Assembly: GCA_032128375.1 (NCBI GenBank)
Contig: JAQBGU010000078.1
Location: forward strand, 1-53,399
Origin: Deltaproteobacteria bacterium
GTDB taxonomy: Bacteria; Myxococcota_A; UBA9160; SMWR01
Length of the DNA: 53,399 nucleotides
Reading direction: 5' to 3'
The translations under genes were made by a program, and so were the position numbers. The notes under the pieces are model-generated. The model was not told where the DNA came from. It made no database searches and worked only from the letters and a program-made list of their open reading frames with translations. The first letter of the stretch is position 1. Each line of letters starts with the position of its first letter. Positions 42,220 through 51,848 of the stretch are shown in pieces.

Positions 42220-43884
42220 GTGCAAGATCCGAGACTGCGACCGACGAGCCGTGAACGCCGCCGAAGCCGCCACCGAATCATCCGGAACCGCCAGTATCGA
42301 TCGGTGCTCTGGTTCTGGACAAGGGTTCTGGCTGCGTGCGTGTTGCCCGCTCCGTTCGCGTGGGCGCAGAGCAGCCATTGGTTCGCCGATGGCCGTGCTG
42401 CGGTCGAGCGCGCTCGGGATCTGGCCGCGACCGGGCGCGCGGTCGACGCCGCAAAGAACATCGCTACAAACGTCATCCTCTTCGTGGGCGACGGCATGGG
42501 GATCAGCACCGTCACCGCGGCGCGAATTCTCGAGGGCCAGCGCAGAGGTGAGAGTGGTGAAGAAAACCTGCTTTCCTTCGAACGGTTTCCCTACGTCGCG
42601 CTCGCCAAGACCTACAACACCGACCAGCAGACGCCCGATTCAGCGGGAACGATCACGGCGCTGGTCACCGGCACCAAGACCCGCGCGGGCGTAATTTCGG
42701 TCGACGAAACCGTTGAGCGCGGCGACTTCGCTGCGGTCGACGGACACCGACTCGAAACCATCGTAGAGCAGGCCGAAACTCGCGGGCTCTCCACCGGCTT
42801 GGTGACTACCACCACCGTAACCCACGCAACCCCGGCGGCGTTGTACGGTCATTCACCCGAACGGATTTGGGAACAAGATACGAATCTCTCCCCGACGGCG
42901 CGCGCGGCAGGGTTCCCCGACCTCGCACGGCAGCTGATCGAATTCCGGCATGGGGATGGACTGGAAGTCGTGCTCGGCGGCGGCGCACAGAGTTTCCGGC
43001 CGAAGTCTGCCTCCCTTCCGTTGGGGCGCGGCGACGGACGTGACTTGACTTCGGAATGGGTCGAGCGGGCCGATCGGGCCCTCTATGTCGACAGCTGCAG
43101 CGAGCTCTCGGGGATCGTCCCGGAAACCACCGATCACCTGCTCGGCTTGTTCTCGGCCAGCCACCTGCGTTTCGAGGCCGACCGCGAGAAGACCGAACCC
43201 TGTGAACCTTCACTCTCCGAGATGACCTCCGTCGCACTGTCGATCCTCCAGCGCAACCCGAAGGGTTACTTCCTGATGATCGAAGGAGGTCGGATCGACC
43301 ACGGTCATCACAGCAACAATGCCTACCGCGCGTTGACTGATGCGATCGAATTTTCCCATGCGGTGAGACTCGCGGTCGACAGGACCGCCGGTACCAACAC
43401 GTTGATCGTCGTGACCGCCGACCACGGGCACGTGTTCGTCATCGCCGGATACCCGAAGCGCGGAAACGACATCCTCGGCGTGGTGGTTGCCCACGATCTC
43501 GAGGGCGGGCCCGATGCGATTTCGCACGATGGTCTCGGCATGCCATACACCACGCTCGGCTATCAAAATGGACCCGGCTACCTCGGCGCAACGGGCATGC
43601 AACCCGAGGGGCCCAAGCAGTTCCCTCACAGCGCCACGGAATCTTCGACGATCACGAATGGCCGGCCGAACCTGACCTCGGACATCACGGCCGACCCCGA
43701 CTACCTCCAAGAGTCCGCGGTGCCGTTGTTTTCCGAGACGCACTCAGGTGAAGACGTCCCCATTTACGCGAGTGGACCCGGCGCCGCACTTTTCCACGGG
43801 GTCCAGGAACAGAACTTCGTCTACCACGCGATGGCCGAGGCGCTTGGCTGGAACCGATTACCCAAAGCCATCTCAGAAAAGTAG
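42220..43884 (+). CDS. phoA: Alkaline phosphatase (PhoA-type)
   Basis: NVILFVGDGMG, PDSAGT, THATPA, EGGRIDHGHH, VTADH, ETHSGEDV; start placed at GTG 42220 (GAGGGG upstream). Confidence 0.92.
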   Translation: MQDPRLRPTSRERRRSRHRIIRNRQYRSVLWFWTRVLAACVLPAPFAWAQSSHWFADGRAAVERARDLAATGRAVDAAKNIATNVILFVGDGMGISTVTAARILEGQRRGESGEENLLSFERFPYVALAKTYNTDQQTPDSAGTITALVTGTKTRAGVISVDETVERGDFAAVDGHRLETIVEQAETRGLSTGLVTTTTVTHATPAALYGHSPERIWEQDTNLSPTARAAGFPDLARQLIEFRHGDGLEVVLGGGAQSFRPKSASLPLGRGDGRDLTSEWVERADRALYVDSCSELSGIVPETTDHLLGLFSASHLRFEADREKTEPCEPSLSEMTSVALSILQRNPKGYFLMIEGGRIDHGHHSNNAYRALTDAIEFSHAVRLAVDRTAGTNTLIVVTADHGHVFVIAGYPKRGNDILGVVVAHDLEGGPDAISHDGLGMPYTTLGYQNGPGYLGATGMQPEGPKQFPHSATESSTITNGRPNLTSDITADPDYLQESAVPLFSETHSGEDVPIYASGPGAALFHGVQEQNFVYHAMAEALGWNRLPKAISEK

Positions 43885-43969
43885 CCTGGCGAGGTTCCGC
43901 TTGCGTCGTCGCTGAACTACGGGGCCCCCGCCTGTCCTCCCGAAGACTGGGCCAAGTCTGCTAGCAGTC

Positions 43970-45235
43970 TCAGCCGAACAGAACAGGGAGTTCGCGCGGT
44001 GAGCGGAAGCCGCGCCCAGTGATGTGAACATCCACTGCTGCTGGATCCAGTCGAAGGTTGGGCAGCCGCGAAAAAATCCGATCGAACAGCACTTCAGTTT
44101 CCAGCCGCGCGAGGTTCATTCCAAGACAACGGTGTGGACCGAATGCGAACGCCATGTGCTGCTTCTGCGGCCTGAAGATGTCGAACTCCGTCGGGCGTTC
44201 GTAGCGGGACGGGTCGCGGTTGGCAGAGCCGAGGTTCACGGCCACGGTCGCGCCTGCCGGGATCACAACGCCGTCCACCTCGGTGTCCTCGGTACACAGA
44301 CGTCCGATTCCGGTCAGCGGTGGTTCCCAGCGCAACCCCTCTTCCATCGCCTGCCCCAAGAGCAATCGGTCCTCTCGAAGTGCACCGAGTTGATCGCTGG
44401 TCATCAGCCCGTACAAGAGGTTGCTCGAAGAGCGATACGTGGTCTCAGCTCCAGCCGGTAGCAGAAGCCGCAGAAATCCGAGGATGTGGTCGTTGTCCAA
44501 TCGGTGGCCATCGAGTTCGGCCTGAGCGAGCAGGCTGATCAGGTCTTCACCGGGCTGTTTGCGTCGCTGCTCGATGATCGGTGTGAGGTATTCGGCCAGT
44601 TTCGCGGAAGCCGCCAGGCCGAGCTGCCAATCGAATGCGACACAGATCAGCGCGATGGTCCAGCGGTGGAAGCGCGGCAGATCTTCGGTAGGCAACCCGA
44701 GCATTCCGGCGATGACATGAACCGGAAACACGAATGTGAGTTCCCGCACGAGATCCGCGCTTCCGCGCGCTTCGAAATTATCGATGAATCTGTCGATGGC
44801 CGGACCCACTACGTCGGACTCCCAGTGGGCCAGGGAGTCGTTGGAAAACGCCATCTGAATCAAACCGCGGTAGCGGCTGTGCTCGGGTTCGTCCATGACC
44901 AGAATGGTCGGTCCCATCACGACCCCCATCGCCGCCTCGTATCCGGACGATGAAAATGCCTTGCCGTTGCGCAACACCTGCGAAACCGCATTGTGACTGA
45001 GCACCTCCCAGACCTCGGGGATCTCGATTCCCATCGCGGCCATCTGTTCGGCACCCTGGATCTGGCTCGTATCGAGTTTCCGAACCGGCGCCTTCGCGAG
45101 CGCCTTCGCCCATTCCGGGTAGGGGTCTCGGACGTCATCTGCGCCCATCGATCGATCGAACAACACGAACGGGTCGTAATCGTCGCTGTCGATATCGAAC
45201 TGCGGCGGTGCTTCCTGAAGTGAGTCAGTGGACAT
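43970..45235 (-). CDS. Cytochrome P450
   Basis: AGAETT (I helix), EEGLR (ExxR), FAFGPHRCLG (heme Cys). Confidence 0.95.
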   Translation of the reverse strand: MSTDSLQEAPPQFDIDSDDYDPFVLFDRSMGADDVRDPYPEWAKALAKAPVRKLDTSQIQGAEQMAAMGIEIPEVWEVLSHNAVSQVLRNGKAFSSSGYEAAMGVVMGPTILVMDEPEHSRYRGLIQMAFSNDSLAHWESDVVGPAIDRFIDNFEARGSADLVRELTFVFPVHVIAGMLGLPTEDLPRFHRWTIALICVAFDWQLGLAASAKLAEYLTPIIEQRRKQPGEDLISLLAQAELDGHRLDNDHILGFLRLLLPAGAETTYRSSSNLLYGLMTSDQLGALREDRLLLGQAMEEGLRWEPPLTGIGRLCTEDTEVDGVVIPAGATVAVNLGSANRDPSRYERPTEFDIFRPQKQHMAFAFGPHRCLGMNLARLETEVLFDRIFSRLPNLRLDPAAVDVHITGRGFRSPRELPVLFG

Positions 45236-45433
45236 GCTTCCGTCCTTATCGGACCAAGGGCACTTGGGCCGGAGCGATTCAGAATTCATGCACAGAGTGC
45301 ACGCTCAGACTTGGCTGCCAGTCTTGCCGTGAAGGTCGCGGCGGCGGCCATCGGGGTCAAGTCGCGCGATGGAACAAGCACGAAGAAAGAGGTTCGGCCT
45401 TCGAACTGAACCAAGAACGGGCGAAGTTCGCCT

Positions 45434-47005
45434 CTACGGAGAGACGGGGCGCGCCTTGAGCCGCATCCGCCGCCCGCTCGTCAAATCAACTAGTACCGCG
45501 TCGGGGTCAGTGAGGTGCGCGGCGCGATCGCGGCGAAGAAAGAAGCTCACGCCGTGAGTCGTTTCGACCTTGAGATAGTCGCGCCGAAAATCGGCGCGCT
45601 CGCCCAACCCGCGCGACGGCGCTCGGAAGATATCGGGGCGCAATTCGGCCAGCACGTAGTCCCAGTCCCATTTCGAATGTCCTGGATAGAAATGGTCTAC
45701 TTCGAGACGGGCGATATGACGATCCGATTTCCCGAGCACATCGAACGCCTTGCGGTCGCTGAAGTAGACGGGAACTCCACCCCAGTGAGCCGCCAATGTG
45801 ACACCTTTGTCGGTATGTAGTCGAAGATATCTGGCGAAGTTGTAGTTGTTTCGGTTCGTATCTCGATGCATCGGTTCGGCAGTCGGATCGAACCATTCGA
45901 GCGTTCCCAAGGCGGGGTTCGCGATCACGGCTATTGTGGCGACGAAGATCCCAAACACCGCGACGTGCGCCGGCGACCGCTCGGCCAGCAGTCGAGCTGT
46001 CACGCGCCAGCATCCGAGCACCGCCAGCAGCAGCAAGAACGGAAGTGCAGGAACGACGAAGCGGCTTCCGTACCCAAAGATAAAATCTCCTCCGACCCAG
46101 ATGTTGTACGCCTCTGCGACTGCGAATAGAGCCCCACATAGCCAGACCACTGACCGGCGTTCTGTGGCCAGCGCCAGCACGGCCAGGGCCATCGCGGGCA
46201 ACAGATGCGGAAGCCAAGAAAGCAGCTCACCCAGACCGGACGCGAGCATCAGCGCGCGAGGTGAACCGGTCGCCTTCAGGTAGTAGGTATTCGGAAGGAA
46301 ATCTCCGTAATAGAGCTGGCTGAAGCCCATCTGCGCCGCGAGAGTCATCGCCAGCAGGCCCAACCCCAGCGGCAGCAGTTTGCGATCTCGACTGGCCACC
46401 ACCGCAGCCGCGAGCAGCACGAGGTAGTACAACGCGGTATCCGGCCGGATCCACAGTCCACTGCCTAACACGGCCAACAACCGCGGTGTGCGTGGTGTGT
46501 GAGCTGCGATCGCGAACGCCGATGCCGCGAGCCAGACAGTCACGAAAGCGACGTCCGATCCCTGTAAGCTCCAGATGGCCAGAGGAGCACACAGTACGAT
46601 TGCCAGTGCCGCGCCCGACGCGACCCAGGGTTCGGAGGGACAGATACGTCGTACGACGCCCCACAACAGCGCCGTCGACGCTGTAAGCATGCACAGCGCC
46701 AATAGCTGAACCGCGAGCGAGATCTTGGATTTCGCCAGTGGAAGCAGGTGAAGAGCGGCCATCGTCAGCGTGACGCCAAGGTTCGTGAACCCCTGGACCG
46801 GATCGTCTCCGGCGTTCCACACCAACCCGCTGCCGTGGCGCAGGTTTCGCGCGTACTGCATCGAAATCATCGCATCGTCCCACAGCGTGAAGACGCGCTG
46901 ATCGCTGTGCACGAAACTGGTTCGGAAAATGTAGTGAGCACCCCACCCGAACTGGATGCTCATCAGTAGAAGGAGTGCAATGGCGGCGCGACGGTTCGCC
47001 GTCAC
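45434..47005 (-). CDS. GT-C-type multi-TM glycosyltransferase (AftB-like motifs)
   Basis: WDDAMISMQYARNL..G.GLVWN...VQGFTN, IRPD, YYGDFLPNTYYLK, RFVVPALP; start GTG 47005 or 47044. Confidence 0.8.
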   Translation of the reverse strand: MTANRRAAIALLLLMSIQFGWGAHYIFRTSFVHSDQRVFTLWDDAMISMQYARNLRHGSGLVWNAGDDPVQGFTNLGVTLTMAALHLLPLAKSKISLAVQLLALCMLTASTALLWGVVRRICPSEPWVASGAALAIVLCAPLAIWSLQGSDVAFVTVWLAASAFAIAAHTPRTPRLLAVLGSGLWIRPDTALYYLVLLAAAVVASRDRKLLPLGLGLLAMTLAAQMGFSQLYYGDFLPNTYYLKATGSPRALMLASGLGELLSWLPHLLPAMALAVLALATERRSVVWLCGALFAVAEAYNIWVGGDFIFGYGSRFVVPALPFLLLLAVLGCWRVTARLLAERSPAHVAVFGIFVATIAVIANPALGTLEWFDPTAEPMHRDTNRNNYNFARYLRLHTDKGVTLAAHWGGVPVYFSDRKAFDVLGKSDRHIARLEVDHFYPGHSKWDWDYVLAELRPDIFRAPSRGLGERADFRRDYLKVETTHGVSFFLRRDRAAHLTDPDAVLVDLTSGRRMRLKARPVSP

Positions 47006-47024
47006 AGAAGTCGGGGCCGCAGGT

Positions 47025-48536
47025 TCAGCCTCGAATGCGAGCACGCGAGAAGCGCTGCCGTCTCGCTAGCGCGGCCGAACCGACGGCATACATCAACCCT
47101 ACCAGCGCAGCGAGTCCCCGAATCGACAGGCTCGGCACTTCCGGGCCAACGCAATCCAATATGGGGTCGCTCGAACAGCCCAAGAATTCGTCACAGCTTT
47201 CCGCGGTGCAAATGTTTCCGTCGTCGCATAGCGCGGGATTCGGTACATGGACGATCAGGTCAGCGCCTTCATCGCACGCATCATCCGTGCATGCGACGCC
47301 ATCGTCGAGCGGCGGAGCGGCTCCGGATATGCAGCCGGTTTGGGCGTTGCAGATTTCGTCTCCATCACAGAAGGCCCCGTTCGCGCAGGCGCCGTCGTCT
47401 GGTGTGTGGACGATGCTATCGGTCGGCTCGTCGCACGAATCGATCGTGCAAGCGATCTGATCATCGACATCAGGCGGCGTCCCGGGTCCGCAGCCGTCAA
47501 TGGGATCGCAGGCTTCCAGACCGTTGCAGTAGACCGCGTCGTCACAGACCAGCGGCTGGCCCGGCGTGCAGACCCCGGAGAAACAGAACTCGAAGCCGTT
47601 GCAGGTGTCGAGGTCGAAGCAGGGCGTAAGATCGGCGCTCGGCGGATTGAAGCAACCCGTGACCGGATCGCAGTCATTGTCCGTACAGACATCGGCGTCG
47701 TCGCAATCAATCGGCGCCGCCCCTGCGCACAGGCCGGTGTCGCAAGTACTTGTCGAACTGCAAACGTCGTTGTCGTCGCAGCTGGTGCCTTGAGGATTCA
47801 GGCTCCAGGTTTGAGATGGACCCTGGAACTGCACATTGATGCACTCGCAAGTATCTCCCGTCGAGATATTGGCCTGATCGTAGAGCGCCTTGGCCTCGGT
47901 CTGGTTGAGACATCCGTGGGTGGACGCTGCCGATGGAAACATCAACGCACACGAATCGTCGCTGCGATGAGAAAGCCCGCCGTTGTGGCCGCGCTCATGG
48001 CCGATCACCATACCGCGCACGTTCTGGCTCGCGGTCAGTGATACCACGAACACATTGCCCGGCGTCGGCGCGCACCCAATCGTATTGGGAAGCACTGCAC
48101 CGCACCAACGGATGTCCTGCACGAAAATGGCGACACGGGTGCCTTGCGTCGCTCCCCAGTCGAGCACAGCGAACAGTTCAGTCTCGTCATCGATGACAGC
48201 GAGATTGTTCGCGAGCCCACCGTTCGAAGTGTAGAGATGCGGCTGTGGCCCGCCGTCTGTCACGGTCCCGATATCCGTGCAGGTAGGTATGTCAATGCTC
48301 GTGTTCTGCGAGCCTTGGAAATAATCGTGGACGGTGTCGAGGTAGCCACCCAGATCGGCAGCTGTCATTTGCCCAGCTACCAGATCGTGAATAATGAACC
48401 TGATGCGGTCCTCTTTGAGCGGTGCATCGACTGCCAGGGCCGCAGGCGCATTCGCGATCGATAGCGATAGGGCAGCCACAATCGCCACCCAACGCAGCAC
48501 GCAACCGCGCGGCCCATGTTGTGTCACTCGGTTCAC
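47025..48536 (-). CDS. Secreted metzincin metalloprotease with Dictyostelium-type Cys repeats and IPTL-CTERM-like anchor
   Basis: HERGHNGGLSH plus Met-turn (CALMFP); repeated CDD..CT.D.C and CNG.E.C; C-terminal VPSLS..GLAALVGLM...ARRQR. Confidence 0.85.
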   Translation of the reverse strand: MNRVTQHGPRGCVLRWVAIVAALSLSIANAPAALAVDAPLKEDRIRFIIHDLVAGQMTAADLGGYLDTVHDYFQGSQNTSIDIPTCTDIGTVTDGGPQPHLYTSNGGLANNLAVIDDETELFAVLDWGATQGTRVAIFVQDIRWCGAVLPNTIGCAPTPGNVFVVSLTASQNVRGMVIGHERGHNGGLSHRSDDSCALMFPSAASTHGCLNQTEAKALYDQANISTGDTCECINVQFQGPSQTWSLNPQGTSCDDNDVCSSTSTCDTGLCAGAAPIDCDDADVCTDNDCDPVTGCFNPPSADLTPCFDLDTCNGFEFCFSGVCTPGQPLVCDDAVYCNGLEACDPIDGCGPGTPPDVDDQIACTIDSCDEPTDSIVHTPDDGACANGAFCDGDEICNAQTGCISGAAPPLDDGVACTDDACDEGADLIVHVPNPALCDDGNICTAESCDEFLGCSSDPILDCVGPEVPSLSIRGLAALVGLMYAVGSAALARRQRFSRARIRG

Positions 48537-49255
48537 TGCGCCACCGGCTTGCGCTCGAGTGCGCTCGCCGCGCCGTGGGACTTGACCCTCTCGTGAAGAC
48601 TACGAGCGAACCCGATGTGTTGCAGTAACTCGTCCGATTCAGCGGCAGTCATTGCGCCGCGCTGGCCAGCCCGGGCCTCCAGATCGCTCAGCACGCTGGC
48701 GGCCCTGGGACTACCCGACACCGCAAGGCCAGTGATCGCGCTGAGGCGAAGCGAACTGGCCAAAGACGCCCCCTCTAGCGATTCGAATCGCCATCCCGGG
48801 TCGGTTCCGACGTCGCGAGCCATCTGTTCGATCAGCCCAAATGCGGGCGGGTGACTGTGTGCCAGGTAACCCAGCGCCACAGGAAGAGCGACCCATGCCT
48901 GATATACACCGGACGACGCTTCCCCAGTGGGTCGGCTGGCTGCGAAGTCTGCCAGGTGTTGGTACGCACCGGCGTTCTCGCTGGCCCCGAGTGCAAGAAC
49001 AATGTTCGACCAATACGGCTCTTCGGCTCGATCTCGGAGCATTTCGCCCAGGCGTTCGACCGCGACCGAATCCAGCGGGCCGCTGGCCGTGACCGGATAC
49101 CCTTCGAAGTAGATTTGGCGCACGCGAGCTTCGATTGCGTCAACCGAATCGCCGGCAGCTGACGCGTTCACAGCGGCGAGTGTTGCGAGCATGGCCAACG
49201 TCACCAACACAGCCGAAACGAATGCTGCCCTTTGAATCTGGTCCAAACGGTTCAC
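48533..49255 (-). CDS. Secreted alpha-helical hypothetical protein, translationally coupled to the metzincin
   Basis: RBS GGAG, signal peptide, 4-bp overlap with the next gene. Confidence 0.75.
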   Translation of the reverse strand: MNRLDQIQRAAFVSAVLVTLAMLATLAAVNASAAGDSVDAIEARVRQIYFEGYPVTASGPLDSVAVERLGEMLRDRAEEPYWSNIVLALGASENAGAYQHLADFAASRPTGEASSGVYQAWVALPVALGYLAHSHPPAFGLIEQMARDVGTDPGWRFESLEGASLASSLRLSAITGLAVSGSPRAASVLSDLEARAGQRGAMTAAESDELLQHIGFARSLHERVKSHGAASALERKPVAQ

Positions 49256-49488
49256 ACGAGCTCCACTGATCGCGGCCGACGTTCAAGGGATTCCATCGAC
49301 CGTCCGGGTAAGGCAATCAGAGTACCACGAGTCGGATCATCGATTGTCAAAACCGGATCTTGCGCACTCGTGTGCATTTGTGCACGGAAAATACCCGTCC
49401 CGACTGACAAACCGGCCAGATAGCTGACCGGCGACGTGATGAATTTCTTTGACTAATCTGTTGATTTTTCGGAGAATGGCGCCCGCCA

Positions 49489-49962
49489 CTAGGCGCCCGG
49501 TGTCCAGCGGTAGCGAACATCCGGCTCGCTTTCGGGCGGCGGACTGATGCCGAACTTCGTGGTCTCAAAACCCCGAGTTTCATAGAAGCGACGGGCACGC
49601 GCGTTTCGTTGGAGCGTCACCAGCTCGAGGCCCTCTGGGTGCAAAACCTTCGCATGATCGAGCAGCCGGCTCCCTACCCCGCGCTCCCAGCGGTCTGGAT
49701 GGACGAACAGGTGGTCGATGCTGTCGCCTTCGAGCGCCAGCAACCCGATCACCAGAAATGACTCGACCGCGACCCAAACCTCGCAACGCGTGCAGATCGA
49801 TTCCCGAAAAAATTCGAGTGCGGCGTCGAACGGGTGACGCTGGTCATCGCGAAACCACGTGTATGCAGCGCGTTGAGAGTCTTGCCACATGCGCGCGGTG
49901 GCCTCGATCTCTGACGGCTCCATCAGCCGAATCTTCGCTTCGTTCATCGGTCCATTCCCCAT
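49489..49962 (-). CDS. GNAT acetyltransferase
   Basis: IDHLFVHPDRWERGVGSRLL, NARARRFYETRGF. Confidence 0.9.
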   Translation of the reverse strand: MGNGPMNEAKIRLMEPSEIEATARMWQDSQRAAYTWFRDDQRHPFDAALEFFRESICTRCEVWVAVESFLVIGLLALEGDSIDHLFVHPDRWERGVGSRLLDHAKVLHPEGLELVTLQRNARARRFYETRGFETTKFGISPPPESEPDVRYRWTPGA

Positions 49963-50122
49963 GCGATGGTCGGCGCGGAGGTTAGTGGAATCCCCCTACC
50001 GATAGCTCACGTGGATACGCGAGTGAACCGGACGCGGTAGACTTGTCGACGCGGCACCTGATTTCCGCCCGATTCCCACCGCTGATTCCGTCGACTGGTT
50101 TGAATTCGACGCACCGACAACC

Positions 50123-51675
50123 ATGGGAGAAACTGGAATGGCAATCGTCACCCCCATCGACACACTGCCCGGTCAGAGGAGGCGACTATCCCTCTCGAGC
50201 CCTGTGACGGGTGAGATCCTCGGATCCATCGAGGTCCAGAATGCAGACGACGTCGCCGCGGCATTGGAAGTGGCCCGAAAGGCGCAGCCGGCCTGGGCAG
50301 CAACCTCCTTCGAGGATCGCGGGCGCGTATTGCAGCGCGCTGTTCGAATCCTGGTCGAGAACCAAGACGATTACATCGACGTCGTGCTGCGCGAGTCGGG
50401 AAAGCCGCGTACTGAAGCGCTGATGATGGAAATCTTCGCCGGCTGTGATGCGCTGACCTACTACGCCAAGCGGTCGGGCGGAATTCTTCGCACCGAACGG
50501 CAGACGCTGCACGGAGTGATGCGCTTCCTGAAACAGCTGCGAGTCGTGTACCAGCCGTTAGGCGTTGTGGGTGTCATCAGCCCGTGGAACGGCCCGTTCA
50601 TATTGTCGCTGAACCCGACCATCCAGGCGCTGATGGCGGGCAATGCGGTTCTGCTGAAGCCCTCGGAGATAACACCCAGTTCCGGCGCGTTGGTCGGTGA
50701 GTTGTTCGATGCGGCTGGCCTGCCCGATGGCCTGCTCACGGTCCTGACAGGCGATGGGGAGACCGGCGCCGCGTTGGTCGAGGCGGGTGTCGACAAGATC
50801 TCCTTCACGGGGAGTGTCGCGACCGGTCGAGCAGTCGGCGCGGCGTGCGGACGTCAGTTGATTCCATGCACGCTCGAACTCGGTGGCAAGGACCCGATGA
50901 TCGTCTGCGCCGATGCAAAAATCGACACCGCCGCCGGTGAGCGGTGGCTGGCGCGTTCATGAACGGCGGACAGTACTGCTGCGGAACCGAGCGTGTCTAC
51001 GTCGTCGATGAAATCGCCGAAGAGTTCACTCAGAAGGTCGTCGAGCGCGTCGCGAAGCTGCGCCAAGGGGATAGTGGTGAATTCGATGTGGGCGCGATCT
51101 TCTGGGATCGCCAGCTCGAGATCATCGAGCGCCACGTCGACGACGCAGTTTCGAGAGGCGCGGTGGTGCTCGCAGGAGGTCGACGCAATCCGAACCTGTC
51201 GGGTCTGTACTACGAACCCACTGTGTTGACGGACGTGGATCACGACATGCTGGTCATGCGCGATGAGACGTTCGGCCCGGTACTCCCGATCATGCGCGTT
51301 CGCGACGAGGAGCAAGCGGTCTCGCTCGCCAACCAGAGTACCTATGGGCTGGCCGCAAACATCTGGACCCAGGACAAGCGCAAGGGGGTCGCTCTGGCCA
51401 AGCGTCTTCACACCGGTAGCGTGTGCATCAACGACATGGCGATGACGTACGGCGCCCCAGAAGCTCCCTTTGGTGGGCGTAGGTCGAGCGGTGTCGGCCA
51501 GGTCAACGGCGTGATCGGACTGCGTGGGTACACCCACGCGCAACCGATCCTGACCGATCGCTTCGGTGGGAAGCAGACTGCCGACTCCTATCCGTACACA
51601 TTCAAGAAGGACGCGGGAATGCAGAAACTGATTCGGATGCTGTTTGGATCCCCGCTGGGCCGGTGGCTTTCTTGA
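50123..51675 (+). pseudogene. Aldehyde dehydrogenase split by a 1-bp frameshift near 50939 (real or sequencing error)
   Basis: First ORF has PWN, LKPSE, FTGS, LELGGKDP; second has GQYCCG, ETFGPV, PFGG. Restoring one base gives DTAAGGAVAGAFMNGGQYCC. Confidence 0.88.
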
Positions 51676-51848
51676 ACTCTCTTGCGGATCCCGTGCTCGA
51701 AGGCGGATGTGCCGCCTGGTACCCCATCATCGATGATCTTGCGCAGCCGCCGCAAGCGGGCACGCGTGAGTCAAGCAGCGACGCTTCAGAGTGAAGACCT
51801 GATCGCGATCCTCGCTGGAACGGGTGCGGCTATGAAGAATACCACTTG

